From Candidatus Micrarchaeota archaeon (GTDB taxonomy: Archaea; B1Sed10-29; B47-G15), in NCBI GenBank assembly GCA_003660975.1, contig QMVG01000001.1:64001-128000 (forward strand): a stretch of 64,000 bases of DNA, in the 5' to 3' direction. The translations under genes were made by a program, and so were the position numbers. Shown here piece after piece: positions 39,850-50,249 of this stretch. Below the pieces are notes generated by a model that worked only from the letters and a program-made list of their open reading frames with translations, had not been told where the DNA came from and made no database searches. The first letter of the stretch is position 1. Every line of letters begins with the position of its first letter.

Positions 39850-40003
39850 GGAGAAACTTGAGCAATTAAGAGCAGAGCTCAGAAGAGAAAAAGGAGCAGT
39901 TGCTAGCGGGACAAAGGCAGAGAATCCGGGAAGGATAAAAGAAATAAAAAGAACAATCGCTAGAATATTAACAATCCTTCGTGAAAGAGGTGCTGAAGAG
40001 TAG
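39797..40003 (+). CDS. rpl29: 50S ribosomal protein uL29
   Basis: ENPGRIKEIKRTIARILT motif. Confidence 0.94.
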   Translation: MAIIRKKELRSMGKAELKEKLEQLRAELRREKGAVASGTKAENPGRIKEIKRTIARILTILRERGAEE

Positions 40004-40309
40004 ATGGGTGAAATTTGTCCTGTATGTGGCCTTCCAAAGGAACTTTGCGTTTGCAAAGAGATAACTAAAGAAAGCGCTAAAATAAAGATAAGCACTGAGA
40101 GAAAGAAGTTCAAAAAGTACATGACGATAATAGAGGGCTTTGATGATGGAGCAGATATCACTGCAATAGGCAGAGAGTTCAAGAAGAAACTTGCGTGTGG
40201 AGGCACAATAAAAAATAAGCGCATTGAACTACAAGGAGACCATAGGGAAAAAGTAAAACAAATGCTACTAGAAATGGGTTATGATGAAAAACAAATCGAA
40301 GTGTACTGA
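40004..40309 (+). CDS. translation initiation factor aIF1 (SUI1/YciH)
   Basis: CGLPKELC, LACGGT and IELQGDH motifs. Confidence 0.94.
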   Translation: MGEICPVCGLPKELCVCKEITKESAKIKISTERKKFKKYMTIIEGFDDGADITAIGREFKKKLACGGTIKNKRIELQGDHREKVKQMLLEMGYDEKQIEVY

Positions 40310-40592
40310 AGCAGAAATATTGATGGGAGAGCTCATAGGAAGACAAGTTCAAATAATAAAGAGTTGCCAACGTAACCTAATAGGTAAACAGGGAAAAATC
40401 GTTGATGAAACAATGAAGCTGTTAACAATAAGAGATGGCAGGAAAGAAATTAAAGTTCCAAAAAGCGTTTGTGTCTTTCGTTTTCAATGCTCTGAAGGGA
40501 GCATTGATATTGATGGAAGAAAACTAGCGTATAGGCCTGAGGAAAGGATAAAGAAGCACTGGAGGAAGTTTAATGGAAAAATGCACAGATAA
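40281..40592 (+). CDS. rnp1: ribonuclease P protein component 1 (Rpp29)
   Basis: ELIG, GKIVDET, VPK and RPEERIK motifs; synteny. Confidence 0.9.
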   Translation: MMKNKSKCTEAEILMGELIGRQVQIIKSCQRNLIGKQGKIVDETMKLLTIRDGRKEIKVPKSVCVFRFQCSEGSIDIDGRKLAYRPEERIKKHWRKFNGKMHR

Positions 40593-40869
40593 GAACTGCC
40601 CCTTTCATGGGAAGCTAAAGGTAAGGGGCGCAAGCATAGAGGGGGTTGTGGTTAGCGATAAAGCTAAAAACACTGTTACTGTGGAAAGGGAATATCTGCA
40701 ATACATACCGAAATATGAGAGGTATGAAAGAAGAAAAACCAAGGTTCATGCTCACAAACCTGCTTGTATGAAGGTTAAGGTTGGAGATAGAGTCATAATA
40801 AGAGAGTGCAGGAAAATAAGCAAAACAAAGTCGTTTGTAGTAACTAAAGTCTTGGGTGAAAAGAAATGA
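40573..40869 (+). CDS. rps17: 30S ribosomal protein uS17
   Basis: CPFHG, PKYERY and ECRKISKTK motifs. Confidence 0.95.
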   Translation: MEKCTDKNCPFHGKLKVRGASIEGVVVSDKAKNTVTVEREYLQYIPKYERYERRKTKVHAHKPACMKVKVGDRVIIRECRKISKTKSFVVTKVLGEKK

Positions 40870-41264
40870 GAGCAATACAAGCTCATATGACTGGCGGTTT
40901 AAGTATTGGTTCAAAAGTGAAGTGCGTGGACAATTCAGGAGTTAAAGAACTGAAAATCATTGCCAAAGAGGGATACAAAGGCAGAAGGAGGAGAAGGCCT
41001 GATATTGGTGTTGCTGACGTCTTTGTCGCATCAGTCATAAAAGGCAAGGTAAGGATGAGAAAGAAAAAGGTGCGGGCTGTCATCGTTAGGCAGAGAAAAG
41101 AGTATAGAAGGGCAAGTGGAGAGCGTGTTAAGTTTGAGGATAATGCTGCAGTTCTCATCAATGAAAAAAACGAACCAGTGGCAAGTGAAATAAAAGGAGC
41201 AATTGCTAGGGAAGTTGCTCAGCGCTTCCCAAGGATTGCTACGATTGCTAAAATTGTTGTGTGA
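40866..41264 (+). CDS. rpl14: 50S ribosomal protein uL14
   Basis: CVDNSG and FEDNAAV motifs. Confidence 0.95.
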   Translation: MRAIQAHMTGGLSIGSKVKCVDNSGVKELKIIAKEGYKGRRRRRPDIGVADVFVASVIKGKVRMRKKKVRAVIVRQRKEYRRASGERVKFEDNAAVLINEKNEPVASEIKGAIAREVAQRFPRIATIAKIVV

Positions 41265-41269
41265 TGTTT

Positions 41270-41623
41270 ATGGTGATTAGCAGAAAGCCAAGAAAAAAGA
41301 GGCAGGCAGTTGCCAATGCAAAAATGCATTTGAGAAGGAAATTAATAAAGTGCACGCTAAGCAAGGAATTGAGGGAAAAATATAACAGGAGGAACATAAC
41401 TCCAAGAAAAGGGGATGAAGTAAAGGTCATGAGAGGGAAATATAAAGGTAAGACAGGAAAGGTTATCAAGGTAAGTTATTCACTGGGCAAGGTTGGGATT
41501 GATTCAATAACGAGAAAAAGAAAAAACGGCAAGGAAGTTCCTATATTATTGCAGCCATCCAATCTGATGATAACTTCTCTTGATGAAAGTGACAAAAGAA
41601 GGAGAGTAATGTTGAAGAAGTGA
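41270..41623 (+). CDS. rpl24: 50S ribosomal protein uL24
   Basis: RKGDEVKVMRG KOW motif and PSNLMI. Confidence 0.94.
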   Translation: MVISRKPRKKRQAVANAKMHLRRKLIKCTLSKELREKYNRRNITPRKGDEVKVMRGKYKGKTGKVIKVSYSLGKVGIDSITRKRKNGKEVPILLQPSNLMITSLDESDKRRRVMLKK

Positions 41624-41627
41624 TAGA

Positions 41628-42350
41628 ATGGCGAGAATGGGAGAGAAAAAACAGTTGAAAAAATTGGCAAGTCCGGTATCCTGGCCTATTCAAAGGAAAG
41701 ATAAAAAGTGGACTGTTAAGCCATCTGCTGGGGCATATCCAGCAAAAGAAGCGATCCCCATAAAAGTAGTTATACAGGACATATTAAAACTGGCTGACAG
41801 GAGTAAGGAAGCTGTCTCCATTCTTAAAAAAGGCATGGTTTTGGTTGACGGTAAGCCTGCAAAGGACAAAAAACTGCCTGTTGGGCTTATGAGTATAATT
41901 AGCATCCCAAAACTCGGAAAGCATTACAGAATATTTTACACCGAAAAAGGAAAGATAACACTCAATGAGATCAAAGAAAAAGAAGCTAGTAGCAAACTGT
42001 GCAAGATAAAGAACAAACACAAGATTAAAGGAGGAAAAATACAGCTAACTCTTCATGACGGTAGAAACATTATTGTTAAAAGCAACGATTACAAGACAGG
42101 CGATGTTCTGGAAATAGAGGTGCCTAGTCAAAAAATAAAGAAACATTATGCTCTCAAAAAGGGCAATCTGGCTTTAATCACAGGTGGAAAGCACTCTGGA
42201 GAGATAGGAAGAATAGAGGAGATTCAAAAAGGCACTATAAACAGAGAGCCTACAGTTGTGATAAAAACCAAGGAAGAGACACTAATTACTCCAAAGCGCT
42301 ATGTTTTTGTTATAGGAGAGGAAAAACCTGTAATAAGCTTGGGTAGATAG
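41628..42350 (+). CDS. rps4e: 30S ribosomal protein eS4
   Basis: KLCKI, LHDGRN and ITGGKH motifs. Confidence 0.94.
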   Translation: MARMGEKKQLKKLASPVSWPIQRKDKKWTVKPSAGAYPAKEAIPIKVVIQDILKLADRSKEAVSILKKGMVLVDGKPAKDKKLPVGLMSIISIPKLGKHYRIFYTEKGKITLNEIKEKEASSKLCKIKNKHKIKGGKIQLTLHDGRNIIVKSNDYKTGDVLEIEVPSQKIKKHYALKKGNLALITGGKHSGEIGRIEEIQKGTINREPTVVIKTKEETLITPKRYVFVIGEEKPVISLGR

Positions 42351-42352
42351 AT

Positions 42353-42844
42353 ATGATAAGCATTGAGAAGGTCACTGTGAATATGGGTGTAGGAGCATCT
42401 GGAGAGAGGCTGGAACAGGCGAAAAAACTGCTAGAAAATATTACTGGTCAAAAGCCCTTGGAGACTGTAACGCAGAAGAGGATTCCAAAGTGGGGAGTAA
42501 GAAAGAATATGAAAATAGGTGTAAAGGTTACATTGAGGGGCAAGAAAGCTTCAGATTTTCTGAACAAGGCATTGGATGCTGTTGGAAGAAAGATAAGCAA
42601 AAGAAGCTTTGACAAGGAGGGAAACTTCGCCTTTGGAATTAAGGAATACATTGATCTGCCTGGAGTTAAATATAATCCAGACATAGGAATGTTCGGTTTT
42701 GATGTTTGTGTCACGCTTAAAAAATGGGGATACAGGTTAAAGGAAAGGAAAAGGGAGAGAAAGAAAGTACCTAGAAAGCACAGAATATCAAAAGAGGAGG
42801 CCATCAGTTTCGTTAAAGAAAAACTTGGCGTGGAGGTAGTTTGA
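42353..42844 (+). CDS. rpl5: 50S ribosomal protein uL5
   Basis: [11 protein letters not shown] and [12 protein letters not shown] motifs. Confidence 0.95.
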   Translation: MISIEKVTVNMGVGASGERLEQAKKLLENITGQKPLETVTQKRIPKWGVRKNMKIGVKVTLRGKKASDFLNKALDAVGRKISKRSFDKEGNFAFGIKEYIDLPGVKYNPDIGMFGFDVCVTLKKWGYRLKERKRERKKVPRKHRISKEEAISFVKEKLGVEVV

Positions 42845-43017
42845 TGGAAAAAAAGAAAATAGAGAAGAAGTACAAGTGGCCCAAAAGAGGGGAAGAAGAT
42901 AGAGTGTGTCAGTTCTGTGGTAGGAAGGATGGCTTGATAAGAAAGTATGGTCTTAATATGTGCAGACAGTGTTTCAGAGAAAAGGCAAGCAAGCTTGGAT
43001 TTAAAAAATACAATTAG
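42844..43017 (+). CDS. rps14: 30S ribosomal protein uS14 (57 aa; absent from the ORF track)
   Basis: Translated by hand: ...[36 protein letters not shown]. Confidence 0.95.
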   Translation: MEKKKIEKKYKWPKRGEEDRVCQFCGRKDGLIRKYGLNMCRQCFREKASKLGFKKYN

Positions 43018-43025
43018 GTGTTCGT

Positions 43026-43409
43026 ATGGACAATTTAGCAAACGCTTTGATAAACATAAAAAATGCAGAAGCAATAGGAAAAAAAGAGTGTATAATAAAG
43101 CCAGCTTCAAAAATAATAAGGGAAATATTAAAGATAATGCAAGCTGAAAATTACATTGGAAACTTTGAATATATCGAAGATGGAAAAGCAGGCATTTACA
43201 AGGTGTCCTTAATAGGAAAGATAAATGACTGCAAAGCAATAAAGCCCAGGTATTCCGTATCTGTTGATGAAATAAGAAAATGGGAAAGAAGGTACCTGCC
43301 TGCACGTGGCTTAGGCATTCTAATTATAAGCACACCAAAGGGCATAATGACCCATAAGGAAGCTTTCCAGCTAAAAACGGGTGGTAAGTTATTGGCTTAT
43401 GTTTATTAG
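43026..43409 (+). CDS. rps8: 30S ribosomal protein uS8
   Basis: IKPRY, LPA, STPKG and GGKLLAYVY motifs. Confidence 0.95.
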   Translation: MDNLANALINIKNAEAIGKKECIIKPASKIIREILKIMQAENYIGNFEYIEDGKAGIYKVSLIGKINDCKAIKPRYSVSVDEIRKWERRYLPARGLGILIISTPKGIMTHKEAFQLKTGGKLLAYVY

Positions 43410-43418
43410 AGTGATATT

Positions 43419-43946
43419 ATGGTTTACGAAATTGAAATACCAGAAGGCACAGAAATTGAAGTAAAAGGGAATTTGGTAAGAGTAAAAGGGCCAAAAGGAG
43501 AGTTGGAGAAAGCCATGGATTTAAAGTTTATAAAAATAAAAAAAGAAGGGCAAAAATTACAGGTTGAAGAAACACAGAAAAGAGCAAAAGCAATGGCAGG
43601 CACTGTGGCTGCCCACATTAAAAATTTAATAAAGGGGGTAAATAGCGGCTTTGCATATAAGCTAAAGGTATGTTATTCTCACTTCCCAATAACTGTGACC
43701 GTTGAAGGAGATAAAGTTGTAATAAAGAACTTCCTAGGAGAGAGAGCTCCGAGGTTTGCTAAAATCCTTGATGGTGTGACTGTTGAGGTAAAAGGCCAAG
43801 AGATCACAGTTTCATCAATTGATATTGAAAAAGCAGGCCAAACAGCTGCCAATATTGAACAGGCAGCAAGGGTGAAGGGAAGAGACATAAGAGTCTTCCA
43901 AGATGGCATTTACATAACCGAAAAACCAAATAAGGTGAAAAAATGA
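43419..43946 (+). CDS. rpl6: 50S ribosomal protein uL6
   Basis: YSHFP, NFLGE and RVFQDGIY motifs. Confidence 0.95.
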   Translation: MVYEIEIPEGTEIEVKGNLVRVKGPKGELEKAMDLKFIKIKKEGQKLQVEETQKRAKAMAGTVAAHIKNLIKGVNSGFAYKLKVCYSHFPITVTVEGDKVVIKNFLGERAPRFAKILDGVTVEVKGQEITVSSIDIEKAGQTAANIEQAARVKGRDIRVFQDGIYITEKPNKVKK

Positions 43947-44296
43947 AAAAGAAAAAGCCGACATTCAAAAGGCAGGGCGCCCACAGGAAGAAAAGAGTTG
44001 CTAAAAAAGGGTGGAGAAAACCAAGAGGCATTTATTCCCATCAGAGAGATTCATACAAATTTGCTGGAGCAAAGCCAAAGGTTGGCTACAAAAATGATAG
44101 AGACTCTCGTGCTATTCACCCTTCTGGGTTAAAGGAGATACTTGTCCATAATGTTAAAGAGCTAAAAGTTGCTGAACCGAATAAAAACATAATAAGAATA
44201 GCATCCACAGTTGGTAAGAAGAAAAGGAGAGAGATAGTGGAAGCTGCTGAAAAAATGAAACTCAGGGTGATAAATCCAGGCGTTGAGAAAAAGTGA
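43943..44296 (+). CDS. rpl32e: 50S ribosomal protein eL32
   Basis: WRKPRG and HPSG motifs. Confidence 0.94.
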   Translation: MKKKKPTFKRQGAHRKKRVAKKGWRKPRGIYSHQRDSYKFAGAKPKVGYKNDRDSRAIHPSGLKEILVHNVKELKVAEPNKNIIRIASTVGKKKRREIVEAAEKMKLRVINPGVEKK

Positions 44297-44301
44297 TGTT
44301 T

Positions 44302-44739
44302 ATGGAGCTCAAAAAGGTTAAAGAACTGGCTGCCAAGGTCCTGAAAGTAGGAAAAGACAAGATAATAATAGTTGACAAAGAAAAAGCAGCTCAAGCGATG
44401 ACAAGGGAGGACATAAGGGCATTGGTAAAGCAAGGAGCGATAAAAAAGAGAAAAGCAAATGAAGAAAGTAGAGGAAGGGCAAGAAAATTGATGGAGCAAA
44501 AAAAGAAAGGCCTCAGAAAAGGCAAGGGTAGCAGGAAGGGAACAAAAAAAGCGAAGATAGGTGAAAAAACAGAGTGGTTGACCAAGGTAAGGGCATTGAG
44601 GAAGAAACTAAAAGAGATAAAACCGAAGCTAAAGGAAGGCAACTACAGAAGGTTATACAGGATGATTAAAGGAGGATACTTCCGAAGCAAAGCCCATCTC
44701 ATGCTATACGTGAAAGAGAAAGAATTAATAAAGAAGTGA
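44302..44739 (+). CDS. rpl19e: 50S ribosomal protein eL19
   Basis: TREDIR, SRGRAR, GSRKG and YRRLY motifs. Confidence 0.94.
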   Translation: MELKKVKELAAKVLKVGKDKIIIVDKEKAAQAMTREDIRALVKQGAIKKRKANEESRGRARKLMEQKKKGLRKGKGSRKGTKKAKIGEKTEWLTKVRALRKKLKEIKPKLKEGNYRRLYRMIKGGYFRSKAHLMLYVKEKELIKK

Positions 44740-44743
44740 TAAA

Positions 44744-45256
44744 ATGGCACACAAAACAATATACAAACTCAGAAGGAGAAGGCGCAGAGAGGGAAAGACC
44801 AATTACAGAAAGAGATTGGCATTGATAAAATCAAAAAAGCCGAGGTTGGTGGCAAGGGTACTAAGCAGGTCAGTAGTAGCGCAGATTGTAAGCTACAGAC
44901 CAGAGGGAGACGCAACCATTGTTAATACAACTTCGTTGGAATTAAAAAATTATGGGTGGAATGGACATAATGGAAATATAGCTGCAGCGTATCTGACTGG
45001 CTTTCTTTGCGGAAAGAAGGCATTGAAAAAAGGAATCAAAGAAGCCATTCTAGACATAGGGCTTCATACACCTGTGAAAGGCTCAAAAGTATTTGCTGTG
45101 TTAAAGGGCGCTGTTGATGCTGGCTTAAAGATCCCACATGATGAAAAAACACTACCTAGCGATGAAACTGTAAGAGGAAAGACCATAGAAAAATATAGAG
45201 GAAAAAGTTTGAATGTTGACAGTGTTATTAAGGAAATAGAAAACAAGGTGAAATAA
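44744..45256 (+). CDS. rpl18: 50S ribosomal protein uL18
   Basis: [15 protein letters not shown] and LDIGL motifs. Confidence 0.95.
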   Translation: MAHKTIYKLRRRRRREGKTNYRKRLALIKSKKPRLVARVLSRSVVAQIVSYRPEGDATIVNTTSLELKNYGWNGHNGNIAAAYLTGFLCGKKALKKGIKEAILDIGLHTPVKGSKVFAVLKGAVDAGLKIPHDEKTLPSDETVRGKTIEKYRGKSLNVDSVIKEIENKVK

Positions 45257-45900
45257 TGGCTACACAAGGCAAAGCGAATGTTGATGAGAAAGAAGAATGG
45301 ATTCCAAAAACTGAATTGGGCAGAAAGGTAAAAAACGGAGAGATAACAAGCATAGAACAGATATACCAACAGGACAAAGCGATACTGGAGCCAGAGATAA
45401 TAGATACTTTACTGCCTGATTTGAAAGATGAAATACTAGACATAAAAATGGTGCAGAGGACCACAGATTCCGGGAGAAAAGGAAGATTTAGAGTGGTGGC
45501 TGCTGTTGGCAACAAAGATGGTTATGTTGGCGTTGGAATAGGAAAAGCTACAGAGATAAGAAGCGCTATTGGAAGAGCTATCAGAAATGCAAAGAAAAAT
45601 ATAATTCATATACGCAGAGGTTGTGGAAGCTGGGAATGTGGCTGTGGGGAGAATCACTCCATTCCGTTTAAAGTTTCAGCTAAATATGGCTCTACGAGTA
45701 TAGAGCTGATGCCTGCTCCAAAAGGCACTGGCTTGGTAGCAGGACGAACTGCTAAGAAAGTTTTGGAACTGGCAGGAGTAAGGGATGCCTGGTCAAAAAG
45801 CAGAGGGCATACATCCACAAGGTTCAACTTTGCTTTTGCTACATTGAAGGCACTAGAGAAGACAAGAAGAAAGAGATTTGAAAGGGTGAAAGAATTATGA
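45256..45900 (+). CDS. rps5: 30S ribosomal protein uS5
   Basis: [18 protein letters not shown] and PAPKGTGL motifs. Confidence 0.96.
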   Translation: MATQGKANVDEKEEWIPKTELGRKVKNGEITSIEQIYQQDKAILEPEIIDTLLPDLKDEILDIKMVQRTTDSGRKGRFRVVAAVGNKDGYVGVGIGKATEIRSAIGRAIRNAKKNIIHIRRGCGSWECGCGENHSIPFKVSAKYGSTSIELMPAPKGTGLVAGRTAKKVLELAGVRDAWSKSRGHTSTRFNFAFATLKALEKTRRKRFERVKEL

Positions 45901-46349
45901 AGGTGGCAGTAAGAGTTAGAAGCGGCATAGGTATGAAGCCAGACGCCAGGAAGACCCTTGAATCTCTTAAATTAAAAACTGTTAACAACTGTATAATTGT
46001 AAATGAAAAGAAAATCCACAGCAACATGCTTCAAAAAGTAAAAGACTACATCACTTGGGGTGAGATTGAGAAAGAAACGCTGAAGAAAGTTCTGCTCAAA
46101 TGGGCCAGAACGCTCAAGGGCAAAAAGCTTGATGAGCAATATTTTAAGGAAATTAAAATGAGTATAGATGACATAGTAGATAAATTGTTTAAAGATGAGG
46201 TTTCAATGAAAGACCTGGGTCTTAAAGTCCCAATACGGCTGCATCCTCCAAGAAAAGGCTACGAAGGGATTAAAAGACCTTTTACTATGAAAGGGGCGCT
46301 CGGTTATAGAGGAAAGGCAATGGATGAGCTAATAAAAAGAATGATATGA
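45897..46349 (+). CDS. rpl30: 50S ribosomal protein uL30
   Basis: [16 protein letters not shown] and LGYRG motifs. Confidence 0.95.
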   Translation: MKVAVRVRSGIGMKPDARKTLESLKLKTVNNCIIVNEKKIHSNMLQKVKDYITWGEIEKETLKKVLLKWARTLKGKKLDEQYFKEIKMSIDDIVDKLFKDEVSMKDLGLKVPIRLHPPRKGYEGIKRPFTMKGALGYRGKAMDELIKRMI

Positions 46350-46357
46350 GTGGTATT

Positions 46358-46771
46358 ATGGTATTGAGGCATAAAAGAAAGATAACAAAAAAGAGGGGAA
46401 TGAGAACACCAGGTACTGGAAATACTAAGAATAAGAGAGGGAAAGGAAGCAGAATGGGCAACCCGCACAAAAAAAGCAAAGGAGGGGGCTCTAGGAATTT
46501 CTTACACCTGGTAAAGTATATGCCTGAAAAACTACATAAAAGAGGCTTTAAGAGACCAAACAGAAAAAAATACAAAGCGATAAACCTATCAGAATTAGAG
46601 AAGATGGGAGAGACTGAGATAAACCTATTGGCATTAGGATACCATAAAGTATTGGGAAAAGGAAAAATCACAAAGCCTTTAAAGATAAAAGCACTTATGT
46701 TTAGTAAAACGGCCAAAGACAAAATCGAAAAGGCAGGAGGACAGGCCATAGAAATTGGTGGTAATAAATGA
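46358..46771 (+). CDS. rpl15: 50S ribosomal protein uL15
   Basis: RGKGSRMG, KVLGKG and KIEKAGG motifs. Confidence 0.92.
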   Translation: MVLRHKRKITKKRGMRTPGTGNTKNKRGKGSRMGNPHKKSKGGGSRNFLHLVKYMPEKLHKRGFKRPNRKKYKAINLSELEKMGETEINLLALGYHKVLGKGKITKPLKIKALMFSKTAKDKIEKAGGQAIEIGGNK

Positions 46772-48147
46772 ATGTAATGGCATTTAAGGGACTTGTCAAC
46801 ATTCTTCCAGAGGTTGAGGTCCCGAAAGTGAAGCCACCGCTGAAAAAACGCCTGCTATGGACCTTTGCCACTCTTTTAATCTTTGCTTCTCTAACACTCG
46901 TAGAACCAATAGGTATGACAAGAGCAGCGCAACAAGCAGGCTTCCTGCAAAACATACAACTCATAACTGCTTCAAACATGGGAACACTTGCAACATTAGG
47001 TATAGGGCCTATTGTTATGGCTTCTATCATTCTACAGCTTTTGAATGGAGCAGGACTTTTGCAATTTAACAGAAATGACCCAAAAGAGAGGGAAGTTTTC
47101 CAAGGCCTTCAAAAATTCGTTGCAATTCTTTTCAGCTTTTTTGAAGCAACAGTTTACGTGATTAGTGGTTTTATCCCCAGTATCCCTGGTTTTTGGCCAA
47201 TGTTTTTCCTTATACTGCAGCTCGCATTAGGTGGCATAATTGTAATGTTCCTTGATGAAGTGGTGTCAAAGTATGGTATAGGCTCTGGTGTTGGCTTATT
47301 TATCGCTGCTGGAGTCAGCTTCAGAATATTTTGGAGAGCCTTCGCGTGGGTTCAGCAGTCTGGTCAGTTTGTTGGACTTGTGCCACAGCTTCTACAAGGG
47401 TTCTTAAATGGAAACATACCTGAAAGCGCCCTCTTTCCTCTAATATCCACTATTATTGTTTTCCTCATTGTCGTCTATGCAGAGTCAACCAAGATTGAAA
47501 TCCCCCTGACCTTTGGGAGAATAAGAGGCTTCGGAGCAAGATATCCTTTAAAGTTTTTCTACGTGAGCAACATCCCGGTAATATTCTCAGCAGCGCTTTT
47601 TGCTAATGTGCAACTCTGGGGCATAGCATTCCAGAACATAGGCATCCCTATCTTTGGAACCTTTGTTGGTAATCAGCCAACACCAGGAGGTCTTGCTTAT
47701 TATTTACAAGCGCCTTATGGACTTTTAGCTACTCCCACTCAGATAGGCATTACACTGGGCAATGTAGACCTTATTCTTAGAATCATCATATTTTCAGTCG
47801 CCATGATTATCATGTGTGTTGTCTTTGGTAAATTTTGGGTTGAGATGAGTGGCATGGGGGCAAAGCAGGTAGCTCAGCAAATGCAGAGCGTTGGGCTCCA
47901 TGTCCCTGGTTTTAGAAGAGATCCAAGAGTGTTGGAACAGGTCTTTAACAGATATATTCCAACGCTGACAGTTGTTGGCAGCGCCTCTGTTGGCATTCTG
48001 GCTGTCCTGGCTGACTTAACTGGGGCTCTTGGAACTGGAACAGGAATACTGCTTACTGTTGGCATCCTCTACAGAATGTATGAGGAACTAGCAGCTCAAG
48101 AGGCATTTGAGATGATGCCTGCTCTAAGGACTATACTTGGTGGTTAA
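46768..48147 (+). CDS. secY: preprotein translocase SecY
   Basis: LGIGPIVMASI, GIGSGVGLFI, PGFRRDP and GTGILL motifs. Confidence 0.96.
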   Translation: MNVMAFKGLVNILPEVEVPKVKPPLKKRLLWTFATLLIFASLTLVEPIGMTRAAQQAGFLQNIQLITASNMGTLATLGIGPIVMASIILQLLNGAGLLQFNRNDPKEREVFQGLQKFVAILFSFFEATVYVISGFIPSIPGFWPMFFLILQLALGGIIVMFLDEVVSKYGIGSGVGLFIAAGVSFRIFWRAFAWVQQSGQFVGLVPQLLQGFLNGNIPESALFPLISTIIVFLIVVYAESTKIEIPLTFGRIRGFGARYPLKFFYVSNIPVIFSAALFANVQLWGIAFQNIGIPIFGTFVGNQPTPGGLAYYLQAPYGLLATPTQIGITLGNVDLILRIIIFSVAMIIMCVVFGKFWVEMSGMGAKQVAQQMQSVGLHVPGFRRDPRVLEQVFNRYIPTLTVVGSASVGILAVLADLTGALGTGTGILLTVGILYRMYEELAAQEAFEMMPALRTILGG

Positions 48148-48720
48148 ATGACTATACACATTATTGTCGGAGTGCCTGGGGCTGGAAAGAGCTTCGTGCT
48201 TGGAAAAGCTCTAGAAGGGCATGAGGGAAAGTACAAGGTGCTAACATTTGGCACTTTGATGCTTGAAATGGCAAAAGAAATGGGCCTCGCAGATGACAGA
48301 GATAAATTGAGATATTTGCCAAAAGAGAAAGTAGATGAAATGAGGTTAAAAATCGCTGAGAAAATTGCTGCAGAAGAAAAGGATGTAATTCTTGACACAC
48401 ACGCAAGCATGAAAACACCGCAGGGATATGCTCCAGGCCTTCCGTTTGAGGTGCTGGAAAAGTTAAAACCAAAAACAATAATAATTATAGAGGGAAGAGC
48501 AGAAGAGATAATGGAGAGAAGGAAAACAGACCAAGAGAAAGGATTGAGAAATAGAGCTGATTTCGGGAATGAAAAAGACATAGAAGAGTGGCAGAGGATA
48601 AACAGAGCCTTTGTTGCTGCTTACTGTGCAAAAGCTGGGAGTAATTTGGTCATTATCTTAAATGAACAGGGGAACGCAGATGAAGCTGCCAAAAAATTGA
48701 GGGAGGTATTAGATATATGA
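48148..48720 (+). CDS. adkA: archaeal adenylate kinase
   Basis: GVPGAGKS, DTH and GYAPGLP motifs. Confidence 0.92.
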   Translation: MTIHIIVGVPGAGKSFVLGKALEGHEGKYKVLTFGTLMLEMAKEMGLADDRDKLRYLPKEKVDEMRLKIAEKIAAEEKDVILDTHASMKTPQGYAPGLPFEVLEKLKPKTIIIIEGRAEEIMERRKTDQEKGLRNRADFGNEKDIEEWQRINRAFVAAYCAKAGSNLVIILNEQGNADEAAKKLREVLDI

Positions 48721-49148
48721 ATCCTATTGCTTTTGAGGTTATAGTCATTGCTTTTATTGTTTCTGTGCTTACAAGCACAATAAGCAAGATATTGGTGGAT
48801 CAAAAGAAAGTAAAACAAATCCAAAAGCAAATCAAAGAATTCCAGAAAAGATACAAGGATGCTCAGCAGAGGAAGGATAAGGAATTGCTTAAAAAATTGG
48901 AAAAGGAACAAGTAGAGATAATGAAACTATCAAAGGACTTATTTGTAATGAATTTTAAACCCACCCTTATCACGATAATACCTATAATTCTTTTATTCTG
49001 GTTCTTGAACAATAGATATACAAATGCAGGTGTGGTAGCCCACCTGCCATTGCTGGGCATTCCATTGTCGTGGTTTTGGCTATATATTATAGTAGCCATA
49101 GGTGTGGGGATGCTATTTGAGCTGGTATACAGAATAATTAAAAGGTGA
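48717..49148 (+). CDS. EMC3/TMCO1 (DUF106, Oxa1-superfamily) membrane protein
   Basis: TM, coiled coil, FKP, two further TMs; conserved position after adk. Confidence 0.85.
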   Translation: MNPIAFEVIVIAFIVSVLTSTISKILVDQKKVKQIQKQIKEFQKRYKDAQQRKDKELLKKLEKEQVEIMKLSKDLFVMNFKPTLITIIPIILLFWFLNNRYTNAGVVAHLPLLGIPLSWFWLYIIVAIGVGMLFELVYRIIKR

Positions 49149-49153
49149 GGGTG

Positions 49154-49465
49154 ATGACCAAACCAAGCCTTAGGAACAAGCGACTGAGTAAAAAAGTTCG
49201 CAGAACGCCTGGTGGGAAGTTAAAGTCTACCCACAAGAGAAGAAAAGGGAAATACGCAAGCTGTAAAATCTGCGGTGCTAGAATACAGGGAGTAAGGTTG
49301 GACAAAGGAAAACTAAGAGGCAGTGGGAGAGTGTTTTCAAAAGAGCTATGCCATGATTGTAGCTCTAAGGTAATAGAGTATAGGACAATGCTGGAGAACA
49401 AAGCAATAGAGCAATCAGAGATTCCAATGAAGTATATCAAATATGTAGGTGTTGGTCAGAAATGA
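49154..49465 (+). CDS. rpl34e: 50S ribosomal protein eL34
   Basis: RTPGG, CKICG and LCHDC motifs. Confidence 0.9.
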   Translation: MTKPSLRNKRLSKKVRRTPGGKLKSTHKRRKGKYASCKICGARIQGVRLDKGKLRGSGRVFSKELCHDCSSKVIEYRTMLENKAIEQSEIPMKYIKYVGVGQK

Positions 49466-50028
49466 TAGTCACAGTTTCCGGACTGCCCGGAGCAGGTAGC
49501 ACTTCTCTGGCACGGGACCTTTCTAAAGTCTTTAACTGGAAACTGATAACCATGGGAGAGATGTTTAAACAGATGGCCAAAGAAAAAGGTCTGAGCTCTG
49601 GGCAGGAAGGTTCTGCTACGCTGCTTCTTGAAAAACAGAAAAAAAACAAAAGCTTTGAACGCTTTCATAGAGAATTTGACAAAATGCAAAAGAAAGCTGC
49701 TAGGAGATATAAGAACTGCATAATTAACGGAAAGTTAAGTGCTTTCGTGATAAAAGATGCAGATGTCAGGATATTCCTAAAAGCAAATGAGAGGATAAGA
49801 GCAAAAAGGATTGCAAAGAGAGAGGGGGTATCGTACAGAAAAGCATTGAGAGACATTAGAAGAAGGGAAAAAATAGAAAGAAGAGAATGGAAGAGGATTT
49901 ACAATGTAGATTATGCCGCTGACCTTTACGCTTATGATTTGGTAATGGATACTTCGTATCATAAAATAAAGGACAGCACAGACATTGCGGTTATTTTTAT
50001 AAAAGCAATAAGGAGGAGTAAAAAATGA
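49462..50028 (+). CDS. cmk: cytidylate kinase (archaeal type)
   Basis: VSGLPGAGSTS, RAKRIAKRE and YDLVMDT motifs. Confidence 0.88.
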   Translation: MIVTVSGLPGAGSTSLARDLSKVFNWKLITMGEMFKQMAKEKGLSSGQEGSATLLLEKQKKNKSFERFHREFDKMQKKAARRYKNCIINGKLSAFVIKDADVRIFLKANERIRAKRIAKREGVSYRKALRDIRRREKIERREWKRIYNVDYAADLYAYDLVMDTSYHKIKDSTDIAVIFIKAIRRSKK

Positions 50029-50249
50029 CGCTGTTTGAAAAAGGAAGGGTTTGTGTAGTCAACAAGGGAAGTGATGCAGGAAAGACAGTAGTTGTAAAGG
50101 AGAAAATAGACGAACACTTTGTTGTAATTGTTGGGGATAAAGTAAAGGAGAGAAGAATCAATATAAAACACCTGACACCTACTGCAAAAACCGTAAAAGA
50201 GATCCCACAGGCAAAGAAAGCCATTAAGAAGGAAAAGGCTAAAAAATGA
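50025..50249 (+). CDS. rpl14e: 50S ribosomal protein eL14
   Basis: GRVCV..KGSDAGK and NIKHL.PT motifs. Confidence 0.9.
   Translation: MTLFEKGRVCVVNKGSDAGKTVVVKEKIDEHFVVIVGDKVKERRINIKHLTPTAKTVKEIPQAKKAIKKEKAKK

Noticed and set aside
42448-43305. Long antisense ORFs (also 61226-61858, 20444-20977 and many shorter ones)
   Set aside because: They are shadows of conserved + strand genes: Phe/Ser/Leu-rich mirrors of A-rich codons with no recognisable motifs.
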